64,000 nucleotides of DNA from an uncultured virus (IMG/VR IMGVR_UViG_3300042507_002727) (lineage: Duplodnaviria; Heunggongvirae; Uroviricota; Caudoviricetes). The notes beneath the pieces were generated by a model, which searched no databases, had not been told where the DNA came from, and saw nothing but the letters and a program-made list of their open reading frames with translations. Of this stretch, positions 17,101-28,432 are shown piece by piece. The stretch is from IMG/VR virus record IMGVR_UViG_3300042507_002727; one strand, written 5' to 3'. Each line of letters opens with the position of its first letter. Within the stretch, counting starts at the first letter, position 1. A program made the position numbers and the translations under genes.

Positions 17101-20100
17101 GTTAGTGATATTCCTCTGTAGTCTAGAAGTCTTGGCGCTTTAAAGATATCTTCGGAGAGTAACTCTATCTTTATTGCAAATCTGCGATAACCTTCAAAGG
17201 TTCCAATACCATTCGTATATGTAATCACACCTAAGTTTTTATTGGTGTTAGATACTTGATACACATACTCTTTAAAGTCATTAACATTGCTTACAGATGA
17301 ATATAGATTAACTCCACCAGTAAGTTCTAACTCTATCCAATCGTTCGTTTCGAACACAGTTGGGTCATCTGCTGATTGCACTTTGATGTATACTGCGATA
17401 TCTGTACCACGTGGTCTGTATCCTGTTACATAGATACGGAAATCTTCTGCATCTAGGTTTTCAGCCAATTCTACGGTTTTAGATATGTACTTAGAAGTAG
17501 TTGTCGAATCGTTGGTGATCTTCCACTGATAAGCAAGAATGGACGCAGTCTCGATGTCAATGAAAGGAGACGAAGTGACATTCGAGTTGTTAGACATAGA
17601 CACCGTAAGGTCTAGAGTCTTTTCTCTTGCGATGTCATTAGACTTACTATACACAACCATGCCGGTCTTACTAAACAACGCCTTGTCATTGAATTGCATC
17701 GGCAAGCTATATGTGTTTGACGGGTTGGCTGGATCGACGAGTGTTCCAGATAGAGTCGTTGCGGTTACGCTATCGTTCGTTCTATGAATCATTGGCTGAA
17801 TGTAGCTGAACTCAACGTTATCAACCGTGGTTATCGTCGCAGCTGCAGCGCTATCAAATCCGTACACTGTGTTACCGGCAGCAAACTTTCGTGTAGAAGT
17901 TGCAGAAGATTCTTCGAGAATGATAAAATCCGGATATCTAAAGTCATAGTGACGAAGTATACCCATTGTAATCGGTAAACCACTTGTACTATCCGTGAAA
18001 TATGATGGTCTATCCGCAACTATCACTGTAGAGTTTGCGCTAACAACTTTAAAGATCTGTCTGTTTGTAGTACCGTTGCTTATCAGAACAAAGTCGCCGG
18101 CAGAATATGTGGCTGAAAGATTCGTTCCGCTGATCTGATTATTTCCGGAAACGGTGCTTAAGTTAGCTCCAGTAGTCCCGTCTTTAGACTCAAGCTTGTA
18201 TACGGTCTCTCCAACTTTAAATGTTCCGATGTTGTTCTCTGTTGAGATAAACTCGTGGTCATCATTTGTAAGTGTGATAGTGCCAGCACTTGCATTGAAG
18301 TTATGGCGATACAGTACAAACTTAATGTCCTCGTCTTGATATGACTTCCACGCGCGATTGTTTGTAGATGTGAATAGAACACCATCACCCCAGTCTTGGA
18401 CGATTGGAAGTCCTTGATTCGCGCCTGGTGTTAGATCAACTCCACCAACCTTTGATGTAAAGATTAGATAGTCAGGATCGGCTGCATCTGGTATTACGAC
18501 TACTGCATATTCTTTTTCAACATCAAGACGAACTGGGGCATTAAAAGTTACCGTTGTTTCGACAGAAGCATCATCTGAAGTAAGTACTTCTGATGGAGTT
18601 AGGTGTACTTTAGAGAACGGTATCACGTCATATGAAGGATAACCATTTATAACTTCTCTTAATTCAACATTTACGCCGTTTATATTACTTCTTCTCTTGA
18701 AGAACAGATCTATTTTAGAGACAAATACAGTGTCAGATCCAAGACCCATGCCAGATTTTATGAAGAAGGTCTGAGCAATTGGATCTGGCGACGGGTCTCG
18801 CCCGCGATCACCTTCAGTTGGTCTTCTTGTAACATTTCTATCCGTGGTTGTTGTTGCAGTAGAAGCTGCACGGCGAGTTGAGACTGTTAAAGATGCTTTT
18901 TCTACAGAGAAGTTATATGCTCTATAGGTTACAAAACCATACGATGTGCTGGCGCTATCAATCGCAGCGTGCGTGTCAACGTCAACTACTTCTAGTTTTC
19001 TGTCTCCAACATAGAACCTTGATGATGGTAGACTAAACACCGCCCTCAAGACGCCGTTCGCATCTGTTTCGACCGCCGCGTTAGCAACACCGCGTCTTCT
19101 TATTTCACTCGGGGAGTTAACATTGCTTCCTGGGAACACAAATTGGTTCACATCTTCTTCATCAAAGAAGAAATAGTGGCGAGTGTTAGGGCGAAGACCA
19201 GACATGTATATATTAATGTCACGGCCTCTCATGAATGGATTAAATGTAAAGTTCGTAACAAAATCGCCAACGCGGCGTTGGTTCGTGTTATTTGTGTTGG
19301 CTTGAATAGCGGTTGACGTTAACGGATTAAGCTCTTGTGTAGCGGCAGTCGACACAGTTAAGCGTCTTCTATTCAAACCTATATTAACTGGGTTAGTGAC
19401 AGTATCATAGACTGCGTCGTATTCCGGTTCTATTTCGCCAATGCCACGATATGAATAGAAGTTACTTACGCAGTTTCTAAATTCTGTGGCGTAGGGTTGC
19501 GATATGATGGATACGTCGGTGTTTCTCTGAAGTGTTCCGACCTTTGCATTTGACGTGGTTGGGAACAGCGTCGCAGAAGATGCAGACTTATACTTAAGGT
19601 TTAACGGGAATGTTTTTACAGATGGCATAAGCGATTGTTCTGTAAAGTCCAGCGCAGCATTAAATTCCACATTCTCTAGGTTGGCTATACTAAGATCGTT
19701 AAAGGGATCAACTATGATGCCGTTCTTAAAACGATCTAGACCGTTTTCATCAACAATGTTTAGATTTTTTGTATCGGCTTCTAGGGTGTTCAGCAGAACA
19801 TAATACTCTAAGCTGTCGATCTTCTTTTCTAAGTTTTCGATATCTTTCATACGATAAGATTTTGTACCTTTAGGAACGATCTGCACAGCATACTGAGGTC
19901 TATCCTGTTCGTCAGCTTCTTCTGGTGTAAGTGCTGGCGCTCCTGGTACGAATATTTCCGCGATCTTAACCTGATCGCCAGATATGATTGGCGGAATAGA
20001 ATTCTCTACTTCCGTTCCTCTTAACAATGATATTCTGCCATAAGAGTCAAGAATTACCGCATCGGTTCTGTTTAGGTAGAACTCGTAGTCTATCTCTCCA

Positions 20101-22376
20101 AACTGATCGTGAGATGGTGTAAGTATCGTATATGAACCGGAGAAGCTCGGCGCAACGTTAACACCTGTTGATCCATTGCTTACAGTTGGCGCTGTACCAA
20201 GAACAGCCGCATTTATATATGTGGCCGGCGATAGCGGTTGTACGTATGGTCTAAAGTCAAGACAGTCTCTGAGATTATAGACCTTTCCTGAAGATGAAAC
20301 GAACGGCTGTATCTTATTCTTGGCGACAGCACCAGGGTAACTATCTACAGTAAAGAAGTAGCTTCCTGTTGTGTCGTTTAGTTTAAATGCTTTAAAACGA
20401 ACTGTCATTAAACCGGCCGCGGGTACTGGTCTTCCAGGAATATATTCTATATAAGAATGATCGTAGAAGTTATCTCTTTGGTTGGTTTTAAGCTTAAAGC
20501 TAGAAGTAACAGTTTTGCTTTCTGAGTCTGTAATAGAGACGATCTCATACACATCTGGAAAACCTAGATTATATCTAGTTGTGGATGATACGATGTCGTT
20601 ATTTGCGAAGGTGCACTTAACATATAGTTCAGCGCTAACTTTCGTAAACGGGCTTGCACTAGTAATTCTCTTATTGTAATAGATCGTAGAAGGAGTCGAT
20701 GGTGTAGAACCAAGGGTGACTTGGAGGTCAGCACCAGATAGAACAGCACTAGTCACATCTCTTCTAGTACTTGTGTTATCTACAAAGAGTATATCATCAT
20801 TCTCTAGATTAAAATCTTCGCCAGCGTCAGGCGTGATGTTAAAAGTAGTAGCAGTTCCAGTAATAGTTTTTCTTGCTCTTACTGGAATTGACAGGTTGCT
20901 AGTAGATTTAAGACTCAGCATTCCCGTGTCAAATACCATTGATGAAGAACTTGTTTCTTTTATAACAGAATTGTTTGCAACTGGTATGTACCCGGAAGTT
21001 CCAACAACTCTTTCCACTTGCGATATCTGATTAGCACCCGACAATCTAACATCAAACAGGAAGATTTTGGTATCAGTGATGTTACGAACTCTCGCAGTTC
21101 CTAGGACAGAGTTTCCACCGTCTCTGAGAGAAACGGTTGCAAATGTTCCTAATGGGACTACGCCTCCTACGCTAGTATCGAGTATGTCAAGGTACCCGCC
21201 ATAGTTAAAAGATACGCCCTGATTTGCTCTATCATCAACCGAAGCTTCCGATATGTCATCTATATCGAGGAAAATCTCTCTAAGATTTTCTACTCTATGA
21301 CCCTTAACATACGCGACTCCACTTCCGATAGAAGCTTTTAGATTACCATCTCTTCTTACGACTGTAGTTTGAAAGTCATTGACAATGTAGTCACCAGATT
21401 CTTCATACGTGCGACGAGCCATCTCTTCGCCTAAAATGTTATACTGTGATACGTCTCTAAGAAGAACTGCATTACCGTTTACATAGCGTGTAAGAGTAAA
21501 GAATGTAGTGTCAGCATCAGCTTCAGAAGTTGGAAGAGCTGTAAGTATTGGAATAAGTTTTAGTCTATCTGCGCCAGGAGCATTTTGGTTAAAAGATCCG
21601 TTTGCATTGTCATATAGAGACGAGTCTTGGAACGCATTAATTACTCTTTCCTGAACTGTGTAACCTATCGACACACTGTTCGGTACATTCGTATACTTTG
21701 AAACAATTACAAGCTGCTCTTCAGCGTATAGGAAGTGACCCTTTTGGAATATGATACCTGGCGCAGATTTAAGTCCGAAAGAGTTGCCAACTGCCCCAGC
21801 GAACGTAGTAACGTTGATAGTCTTATCAGTCAGAACTTCTGTTTCGTCTCTATTGATGCTCGTTCCTTGTTCGTACACACTTACTTTGTATATTCTAAGT
21901 CTTTCGCCAGCCTGAAAGACTTTATTTCCAGAAGATGTTGTTTTGTAGTTAATAAAGAACGTGTTAAGATCTGGGTTTCTTGTTTCAAAACCACGCGTCG
22001 CAGCTAAGACGGTCGCTCGGACTCCTGTCACAACTCCTTCGAGTTCGTATGTGTTATCTCTTACGTAATCAACACCGCTTATAGTGACCGTATCTGTAAA
22101 TCCAACATATTGAGTTGGGTCAAATCCAGTAACATCCGTAAGCTTAACGTAGTTTAAGTCTGATAACTCTGTAAAGTTGCATCCCTTTATGATAGATCCT
22201 TCTTTAAATATATTATCACCAAACTGCTCGATCTGATTCTGAAGAATCGTTTGCATCTGAGTCAATTCTCTAGCTTGAACCGCGTAAGACGGTTTAAAAA
22301 GCACGCGATGGAACTGATTCGTTATATCAAAATCATCAAAGTACGGCGCAACATTCAGGTCTTTATTAATTGGCAT
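17097..22376 (-). CDS. Large virion structural protein, DUF4815/VrlC-like
   Basis: PYFDDFD...RVLFKP...QARELTQMQTILQNQI, APGADRLK, ARRTYEESGDY, DRFKNGIIVDPF, DPIAQTFF motifs. Confidence 0.8.
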   Translation of the reverse strand: MPINKDLNVAPYFDDFDITNQFHRVLFKPSYAVQARELTQMQTILQNQIEQFGDNIFKEGSIIKGCNFTELSDLNYVKLTDVTGFDPTQYVGFTDTVTISGVDYVRDNTYELEGVVTGVRATVLAATRGFETRNPDLNTFFINYKTTSSGNKVFQAGERLRIYKVSVYEQGTSINRDETEVLTDKTINVTTFAGAVGNSFGLKSAPGIIFQKGHFLYAEEQLVIVSKYTNVPNSVSIGYTVQERVINAFQDSSLYDNANGSFNQNAPGADRLKLIPILTALPTSEADADTTFFTLTRYVNGNAVLLRDVSQYNILGEEMARRTYEESGDYIVNDFQTTVVRRDGNLKASIGSGVAYVKGHRVENLREIFLDIDDISEASVDDRANQGVSFNYGGYLDILDTSVGGVVPLGTFATVSLRDGGNSVLGTARVRNITDTKIFLFDVRLSGANQISQVERVVGTSGYIPVANNSVIKETSSSSMVFDTGMLSLKSTSNLSIPVRARKTITGTATTFNITPDAGEDFNLENDDILFVDNTSTRRDVTSAVLSGADLQVTLGSTPSTPSTIYYNKRITSASPFTKVSAELYVKCTFANNDIVSSTTRYNLGFPDVYEIVSITDSESKTVTSSFKLKTNQRDNFYDHSYIEYIPGRPVPAAGLMTVRFKAFKLNDTTGSYFFTVDSYPGAVAKNKIQPFVSSSGKVYNLRDCLDFRPYVQPLSPATYINAAVLGTAPTVSNGSTGVNVAPSFSGSYTILTPSHDQFGEIDYEFYLNRTDAVILDSYGRISLLRGTEVENSIPPIISGDQVKIAEIFVPGAPALTPEEADEQDRPQYAVQIVPKGTKSYRMKDIENLEKKIDSLEYYVLLNTLEADTKNLNIVDENGLDRFKNGIIVDPFNDLSIANLENVEFNAALDFTEQSLMPSVKTFPLNLKYKSASSATLFPTTSNAKVGTLQRNTDVSIISQPYATEFRNCVSNFYSYRGIGEIEPEYDAVYDTVTNPVNIGLNRRRLTVSTAATQELNPLTSTAIQANTNNTNQRRVGDFVTNFTFNPFMRGRDINIYMSGLRPNTRHYFFFDEEDVNQFVFPGSNVNSPSEIRRRGVANAAVETDANGVLRAVFSLPSSRFYVGDRKLEVVDVDTHAAIDSASTSYGFVTYRAYNFSVEKASLTVSTRRAASTATTTTDRNVTRRPTEGDRGRDPSPDPIAQTFFIKSGMGLGSDTVFVSKIDLFFKRRSNINGVNVELREVINGYPSYDVIPFSKVHLTPSEVLTSDDASVETTVTFNAPVRLDVEKEYAVVVIPDAADPDYLIFTSKVGGVDLTPGANQGLPIVQDWGDGVLFTSTNNRAWKSYQDEDIKFVLYRHNFNASAGTITLTNDDHEFISTENNIGTFKVGETVYKLESKDGTTGANLSTVSGNNQISGTNLSATYSAGDFVLISNGTTNRQIFKVVSANSTVIVADRPSYFTDSTSGLPITMGILRHYDFRYPDFIILEESSATSTRKFAAGNTVYGFDSAAAATITTVDNVEFSYIQPMIHRTNDSVTATTLSGTLVDPANPSNTYSLPMQFNDKALFSKTGMVVYSKSNDIAREKTLDLTVSMSNNSNVTSSPFIDIETASILAYQWKITNDSTTTSKYISKTVELAENLDAEDFRIYVTGYRPRGTDIAVYIKVQSADDPTVFETNDWIELELTGGVNLYSSVSNVNDFKEYVYQVSNTNKNLGVITYTNGIGTFEGYRRFAIKIELLSEDIFKAPRLLDYRGISLT

Positions 22377-22386
22377 TTATTTTTCC

Positions 22387-24039
22387 TTAAAATTCAAGAA
22401 GTATCTTAAATCGTTCCCTTGACTCTTCAGTTCTCGTAATTGGAAAGAAGCTATTCATATAGTAAACTTCTCCAGTTCTCTGAACATATGGTGATATTGA
22501 AAACCCTGGGTAATCTATGTCATATTCTAGTGGATACTCTGGATCGTTATCTGTATTTATATTAAGTATTTGATTGTCTGCAGATCTTATCGGCAGATTT
22601 ATGTTAAGCGAGATGTCGCTAAAATCAGTGTTTGCAAATGAAGAGGAATTTGGATACGGCCCCATGTACTCACATATATACACAAAGTTATTTGAAACTT
22701 GATGAACTTTACCGCTAAATATTACCTCGTTATAGAATGAACTATTAACATCCGTTTCTATCTGTGTAACTATTTCATTTACAGAAAGAGAGTGACTGTC
22801 AAGAGCTAGTTCTATACGGTTATCAAATATGTCATTGTTTCCTGCATTTTTAAACTCAGGGTTCTTAACAATACCAATGCTCGTGAAGTCGTTTGTAGCT
22901 GGAACTGTAAAGTTGTCTGTCTCCGTAAGAGTCGTGTACGCAAGAATGTGCCTGCACATAAGTTCATCGATTAAGTTCGAAGCATGATCACCAGCCGAAG
23001 AAAGAATTGGTCTTAGTATAGCTCTTTCATTAAGAGAGTTTAGCGAATTTGGGTCGAAAGAAAACGGGTCTGGAACAAACGCGGTTGCATTCTTATAACC
23101 AGAACCTTTGGACAGCATTGTGACACCTATTATAGAACCATTTGCCGACACATCGGCTAGCCCAACTGCTCCAGTTCCATCGCCCTTTATTTCAATGCGA
23201 GGTAATAGTTTGTAAGAAGCGGAGTCAGTAAGAACGGTATAATCCGGTGCTTCGGTTAACGTAATGACTGCTCTTTTTGAAGCAGGATCGTAAGTATAAG
23301 TATCTACTACGTAAGACCTCGAGTCATTACCAAATACGCTTGTTACGTAGAATGTATATCCTGAGTAATAGTTTTCAATCGCATTAAGAGTTCCACTACT
23401 TGCCGTTATAACTATCTCGCCAGTTCCAGTTGCTGTTTGAAAAACAAATCCTTCAGACTTTTCATATCCTCTATTTGTTGAATTTGTTATGACAATCTGA
23501 CTTATAGAACTTGTTTGAACTGCCGTGTTACCACTCTCAGTCGACATAATAGGTATGTATCCGCGAGTATTGTAATCATCAAATTCTAACTCACTAATAT
23601 TAAACAGATACTTCCAAACATACCCATCTGCCAAAGCATAAATCTGATCCTGTTGAGATACACTGTAATTAGGCGGTGTTAAAGATTTTGCTCCGCCGTT
23701 ATTGAATAGACACTTATAGACTCTATAGTCACCAACCTCGTTATTCACTGGATAGACAACTGTGTAGAACTTCTTGTTTGACATATCTAAATTATCGTCG
23801 TACTGGTCGTATACTGCATCTATTTCCCAAGGATAATTCTTAATCATATAGAAAACTTCTTGTGCACCTATCTTCTTTCCAAAGATAGTTTTTTCAAGAA
23901 ATTCCGTTTTTGATTTTTCTGAATTAATCACGGTTGTGTTTGCTGTGCTTGACACAAACATATAGTAATCGTTGAATGTTACATCATCAACGAAGCGTCG
24001 TGCAGTATCAGATCTATATTTACTTGTGATGACAGACAT
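22387..24039 (-). CDS. gp8: Baseplate wedge subunit gp8-like
   Basis: YRVYKCLFNN...DGYVWKYLF motif; synteny with gp7 and gp6. Confidence 0.8.
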   Translation of the reverse strand: MSVITSKYRSDTARRFVDDVTFNDYYMFVSSTANTTVINSEKSKTEFLEKTIFGKKIGAQEVFYMIKNYPWEIDAVYDQYDDNLDMSNKKFYTVVYPVNNEVGDYRVYKCLFNNGGAKSLTPPNYSVSQQDQIYALADGYVWKYLFNISELEFDDYNTRGYIPIMSTESGNTAVQTSSISQIVITNSTNRGYEKSEGFVFQTATGTGEIVITASSGTLNAIENYYSGYTFYVTSVFGNDSRSYVVDTYTYDPASKRAVITLTEAPDYTVLTDSASYKLLPRIEIKGDGTGAVGLADVSANGSIIGVTMLSKGSGYKNATAFVPDPFSFDPNSLNSLNERAILRPILSSAGDHASNLIDELMCRHILAYTTLTETDNFTVPATNDFTSIGIVKNPEFKNAGNNDIFDNRIELALDSHSLSVNEIVTQIETDVNSSFYNEVIFSGKVHQVSNNFVYICEYMGPYPNSSSFANTDFSDISLNINLPIRSADNQILNINTDNDPEYPLEYDIDYPGFSISPYVQRTGEVYYMNSFFPITRTEESRERFKILLEF

Positions 24040-24063
24040 TTTCCTAAACCTATTTTGCTCTAT

Positions 24064-26196
24064 TTATTCCGCGTCAATAATAATTCTAGAAGATATCGGT
24101 GTTGACATAACGTCTTCTAGGTTAAATCTACCAAAGACTTTTGTTCCAGCAACGTGCACGATTTCTCTTAAAGACTCTTCGTATTCCGGAAGATTTACTG
24201 TAGAAAGAATCTCATATGAAAATTCTTGATAGTAATTACTATCCTGAACTCTCTTACCGGAGTCATAGTATGTTAGACTCGCACCGTCTAAAACATATCC
24301 GTTTATATGCGAGTCCAATGAAGCCCAATATCCTTCTGTAGATCCTGGGCCTAAAGCTGAGATCGTTCCTTTTGATGCCAATTCTCCATCCGCGTCTATG
24401 ATATCGGCAATCGTATTATGAGTATAACCGTAACCAGAATCGATTACAGATACGTTGGTTATCTTTCCTACTCCGAAAGATGTTACTGCATTTATAGTAG
24501 CATTAAATCCGGCAATTGGCGAATTAAAGTCTGTCGACACACCAACAATGCCATAGTTAACACCTTTGAATATAAGACCTGATGTATTATTAAATCCGGC
24601 GTAAGTGTATGGCGTAATCGTAAGAGTATTATTATTTATAGAGACTACTTTTCCATTCGTACTTTCCTGTGTTACCAAACTTCCAACACTTATCGTTGCT
24701 GGCATATTAGAAAGAGTAACTAGCTGATTTCTCTTTTTGAAAAGTGATATTCGTGTATCATATGCTATAGCAAATACATCGTTTTCATAATCAGTACCTG
24801 GGTTTATATTATCAAACCTAACAATTCTTCCTATATCGATAGGCGTTAAATCGAACGCCTCGTTAAGAGGTGTACTGATTGTAATTGGATCGGTGTCAGG
24901 AAAACCACTCATAGGCTGTTCTGCCGGCGGGTCGTTGTAGTTTGCAGCATTAAGAGCAACGTTTGCGTAATCACCAATTAGATCAAAGATAAGAGACACG
25001 CTCTCCTCGTTATCAATCTCTGCGAGAATAACGTCGTCAGTATCTAACGTTTCTGGATAGAGAGGACCTGGTGAGCTATCATTCTTCTCCAAAATTCGTA
25101 TTGGAGTCAATGGCGATAGTGTTGTAATATTAACATTTATGTCTCTATCCATTGTCGTAATGATAGACGTGTTCGTAAATTCATCTCCAACATCCATCTT
25201 TAAACCAATTGCAGTATTACTCTGCCCGATCACGATGCCTCTATTTCCAGAATCATCTTCTAAAGCTTCTAGCAGTTGAAACTTTCCGCCCTCGTTATCA
25301 AGGAATATCGTTTGGTTAGAAACAAGAAGCTTTGTTGTATCTACAGAGTAACCCCAGCCCCCGTCCTCAATATCGTATCTAACGAAACCCGAAAAATTCT
25401 CAGTAACTGCGGTGACGAGCCCTTTTGCGCCAAACCCATTGTCGGTTCTAAATGTTACTATGTCACCTATTTCGTTTCCTATCGATCCACCAAAATTATC
25501 ATCCACTGCTATTGATGTTAGAGATCCATTGATAACACCAAAGCTTATAGGTATACCACTGAATTCACTTATTATGTTTTCTTTACCAATAAAACTTCCA
25601 GTCTCATCATTAATGAAAAGTATTGGAGTAATAGTATTACCGACGATGACGAAGTTTATCTTATCAACTGTAGCCTTTACTCTTGAAGATGCACCAATGA
25701 TTTGTTTACCGATTAGGTCTTTATATGTATATGTCTGAGTTGTTTTTGTTGAAGTGAATAGCCCATTGTTAGGCATCATCTGAAGATAGGTGCCTTTCTT
25801 CCACTCAGAATCGGAAGGTCTAAACATATCTTTGGCTGGGTAGTATACTTTGATGCTTTCGTTATAAAAAATATTGAAGAAGAGCTCGAGCCCGCCTTGA
25901 GTTCCTTTTCTACGATACAGACCTAATATGTTCTTTACAACAATTCTTACGGTGTCACCATCGAACGGAAGATCTGCGAGATACTTTTTCTTAAAGAATA
26001 TCAGCATACTTTCAAGAGTAGTATCTATATCTTTATACTCAAAGAGTCTTCTTCCGTTATATAAACTCTGTTCGGTGTTTGTTTCTAAAAACTTATAGTA
26101 TTCTTTTACCAATTGAATAAGTTCTTGACCATCTTCACGATAGATGGCCGGGAACTGTCGTTCTATATGAAACGATATTAGCTTTTCTACTGGCAT
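24064..26196 (-). CDS. gp7: Baseplate wedge subunit gp7-like
   Basis: LYRRKGT...LFFNIFY and C-terminal QDSNYYQEFSYEI...VHVAGTKVFG. Confidence 0.7.
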   Translation of the reverse strand: MPVEKLISFHIERQFPAIYREDGQELIQLVKEYYKFLETNTEQSLYNGRRLFEYKDIDTTLESMLIFFKKKYLADLPFDGDTVRIVVKNILGLYRRKGTQGGLELFFNIFYNESIKVYYPAKDMFRPSDSEWKKGTYLQMMPNNGLFTSTKTTQTYTYKDLIGKQIIGASSRVKATVDKINFVIVGNTITPILFINDETGSFIGKENIISEFSGIPISFGVINGSLTSIAVDDNFGGSIGNEIGDIVTFRTDNGFGAKGLVTAVTENFSGFVRYDIEDGGWGYSVDTTKLLVSNQTIFLDNEGGKFQLLEALEDDSGNRGIVIGQSNTAIGLKMDVGDEFTNTSIITTMDRDINVNITTLSPLTPIRILEKNDSSPGPLYPETLDTDDVILAEIDNEESVSLIFDLIGDYANVALNAANYNDPPAEQPMSGFPDTDPITISTPLNEAFDLTPIDIGRIVRFDNINPGTDYENDVFAIAYDTRISLFKKRNQLVTLSNMPATISVGSLVTQESTNGKVVSINNNTLTITPYTYAGFNNTSGLIFKGVNYGIVGVSTDFNSPIAGFNATINAVTSFGVGKITNVSVIDSGYGYTHNTIADIIDADGELASKGTISALGPGSTEGYWASLDSHINGYVLDGASLTYYDSGKRVQDSNYYQEFSYEILSTVNLPEYEESLREIVHVAGTKVFGRFNLEDVMSTPISSRIIIDAE

Positions 26197-27980
26197 CAGT
26201 TTGTCTCTATGAAGTTGACTAATACATCTTCGTCGCGAACTGTAAGAATTCTGCTTTTTGGCGCTGTTATATCAACAGATGTTGTTGCCGCATAGATCTT
26301 AATACCATTTCCTGTGAAAGACTCTACTATAAAGTTTATGAGCCTTACTTCGCCTGTTGTGTAATCCACGGTGCCAGCATTTGGTTTAAGTATTTCAGTA
26401 TTAACTGCGCCAGCACTGATAATTTGCATATTTCCAGCGCCATCATCCTGTATCTTTGATAGAATTCCGCGATAAGTAAATGGTGTACTTACGATGGCTG
26501 GTTTAAAGTCAGCGAAACCATTTACTGATTTGTAAGGATAAGGTTTTACGAGTTGACTTTCAAACTTAAACTTAGGATTGAGCGCAAGGTTTAGAACCGG
26601 CTTATATTCAATAATAGGGTTCACGCAGAGCGAGTTACTCAGAATTCCATCGTCCAAGTCATCTATGATTGAAGATAGTCTCGATGATCTAAGAATTTCA
26701 CCGAAATCATCTAGGTTCGTTTGATTAAAGTTAAGTATGGCCGATCTTATAAGAGTTTCGAGCTGAGCTGTTGACTTGGTCGTAAGCTTACGAGAAAATG
26801 ATATGTCCACGATAGCTTCTATGTATAGGAATTCTGGATCAACGAATATCGGTTCTATAGAAAGAGGACTCTTGTCTGAAAGAAAAGCAACATAGGAATT
26901 CTTATTCGTGTTTGAAAGAATTCTTTCTCCCTGTAGATTTACCGATATCGCGACTCTTCCATACTGCGGAGGATCCAACTCGTCTCCACCATAGACTGAC
27001 ACTGACTGAATGTCTGGAAATCTTTGACGAAGAAGAACTTCGTAGTCTCTTGCGGTTATAGCTCTTTCTTGGATCTGCAGTGACTTTGGAGCAAAGTACT
27101 TTATGCTATCAATCGTCTCACGCTCAGCTCCACCACTCGCAGCTTCTACTGTCGTGACCGTTGCGTTTGGAATAAAACTAGTACCAAAGCGAGCTGCGCC
27201 GTTTGGTTCTGAACCGCTACAAATTCTATACTGTACCTTAACATCAATGTCTACGCCTGGTTGCTCACCGTAGATGTTTCTTCCGAAGTAGATCGAGTAT
27301 CTATCATCAAAGTATGGATCTAAATAAAACACCTTACTCGTTGGTGTGACACCGAAGATATCTGGCGTGTATAGGAATTGATTTTGATTTTCAGTAGCGA
27401 CTTCATCTACATACACTTCGATTGTACTAGTGTCTATGTTATCGTTCGTAAGATTACATCTCAAGAAATTCTGGTCATCCAGGAAGAAGCCGTCTTTCTC
27501 AAAGTTCGTAAGTATCTCTCCTTCAAATATTTCTACGTTGGCCGCAACGAACGTGCTTCCTGATGTTCTACGCGCAGCATACACTTCATTCGTTATGAAT
27601 GTAAAAGTAGATCCTTGGTAAGTAGATGTGAATTCGGTGAAACGAGGTATAGTAATCGTCTGTGAAGTCTCTGTCGGTGCAGAGATGGACAGGTTAACTA
27701 TAGCCTTCGCAGAAGTTCTAGATCTTGGAAGATAGTTTAATTCCTTTGCGTGCGATACGACCGAGTTCTTAAGAACCGCAGAGTCAAGAAACATCTCGCC
27801 AATTGCCATGTTCGTATAAAAGTTATTCATATACGTGTTGTATGATAGAACATCCAAAAGAACGTTCATATTTGAACCAGCAAAATTGTAATCCTTAAAC
27901 TGAGTCTGGCCCTTAAGGAATGTAATGAACTGATCTTTTAATGCTGCGAAATCTAGTTCGTTAATTGGTTTCGTAGCCAT
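26196..27980 (-). CDS. gp6: Baseplate wedge subunit gp6
   Basis: ELDF...FKDYNFAGSNMNVLLDVLSYNT...EMFLDSA...QERAITARDY. Confidence 0.92.
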   Translation of the reverse strand: MATKPINELDFAALKDQFITFLKGQTQFKDYNFAGSNMNVLLDVLSYNTYMNNFYTNMAIGEMFLDSAVLKNSVVSHAKELNYLPRSRTSAKAIVNLSISAPTETSQTITIPRFTEFTSTYQGSTFTFITNEVYAARRTSGSTFVAANVEIFEGEILTNFEKDGFFLDDQNFLRCNLTNDNIDTSTIEVYVDEVATENQNQFLYTPDIFGVTPTSKVFYLDPYFDDRYSIYFGRNIYGEQPGVDIDVKVQYRICSGSEPNGAARFGTSFIPNATVTTVEAASGGAERETIDSIKYFAPKSLQIQERAITARDYEVLLRQRFPDIQSVSVYGGDELDPPQYGRVAISVNLQGERILSNTNKNSYVAFLSDKSPLSIEPIFVDPEFLYIEAIVDISFSRKLTTKSTAQLETLIRSAILNFNQTNLDDFGEILRSSRLSSIIDDLDDGILSNSLCVNPIIEYKPVLNLALNPKFKFESQLVKPYPYKSVNGFADFKPAIVSTPFTYRGILSKIQDDGAGNMQIISAGAVNTEILKPNAGTVDYTTGEVRLINFIVESFTGNGIKIYAATTSVDITAPKSRILTVRDEDVLVNFIETN

Positions 27981-28397
27981 TTATCTTGTCCTCTCTAGGA
28001 ACACCGTTAAGGTGATCGGCTGTTCAATGTTATTTATGTAGAAATAGATCGCGACTTCTACAGTAGATTCATCTAATGAAGATTGAACTATAACATCCAA
28101 GAGTGTTGCTCTCGGTTCGTAAAAGTTAATCGTTTCTTTGATTGATTCTTGAATGATCTTTATGGTCGATGGCGTGTTATTCTCGAAAAGCATGGCGCGA
28201 ATGTTTCCGCCGACGAGTGGTTGCATTAGTCTCTCGCCACGATCCGTAAGAATGAGGTTCTTAATGGCTTCCTTTACAGCTTCTTCGTCTCTCTTCACTG
28301 CCAAGTCTTCGGTAATAGGATTCTGCGTGAGATCCTTGTGAAAGTCTGAGAACAGACTAACTCTCTTACGAACTGGTGTTACGATCTGTACTACCAC
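27981..28397 (-). CDS. gp25: Baseplate wedge subunit gp25
   Basis: AVKEAIKNLILTDRGERLMQP...YEPRA. Confidence 0.9.
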   Translation of the reverse strand: MVVQIVTPVRKRVSLFSDFHKDLTQNPITEDLAVKRDEEAVKEAIKNLILTDRGERLMQPLVGGNIRAMLFENNTPSTIKIIQESIKETINFYEPRATLLDVIVQSSLDESTVEVAIYFYINNIEQPITLTVFLERTR

Positions 28398-28432
28398 TTA
28401 TTATGCCTCCCTAGGCAAGGATTGTGTTCTTA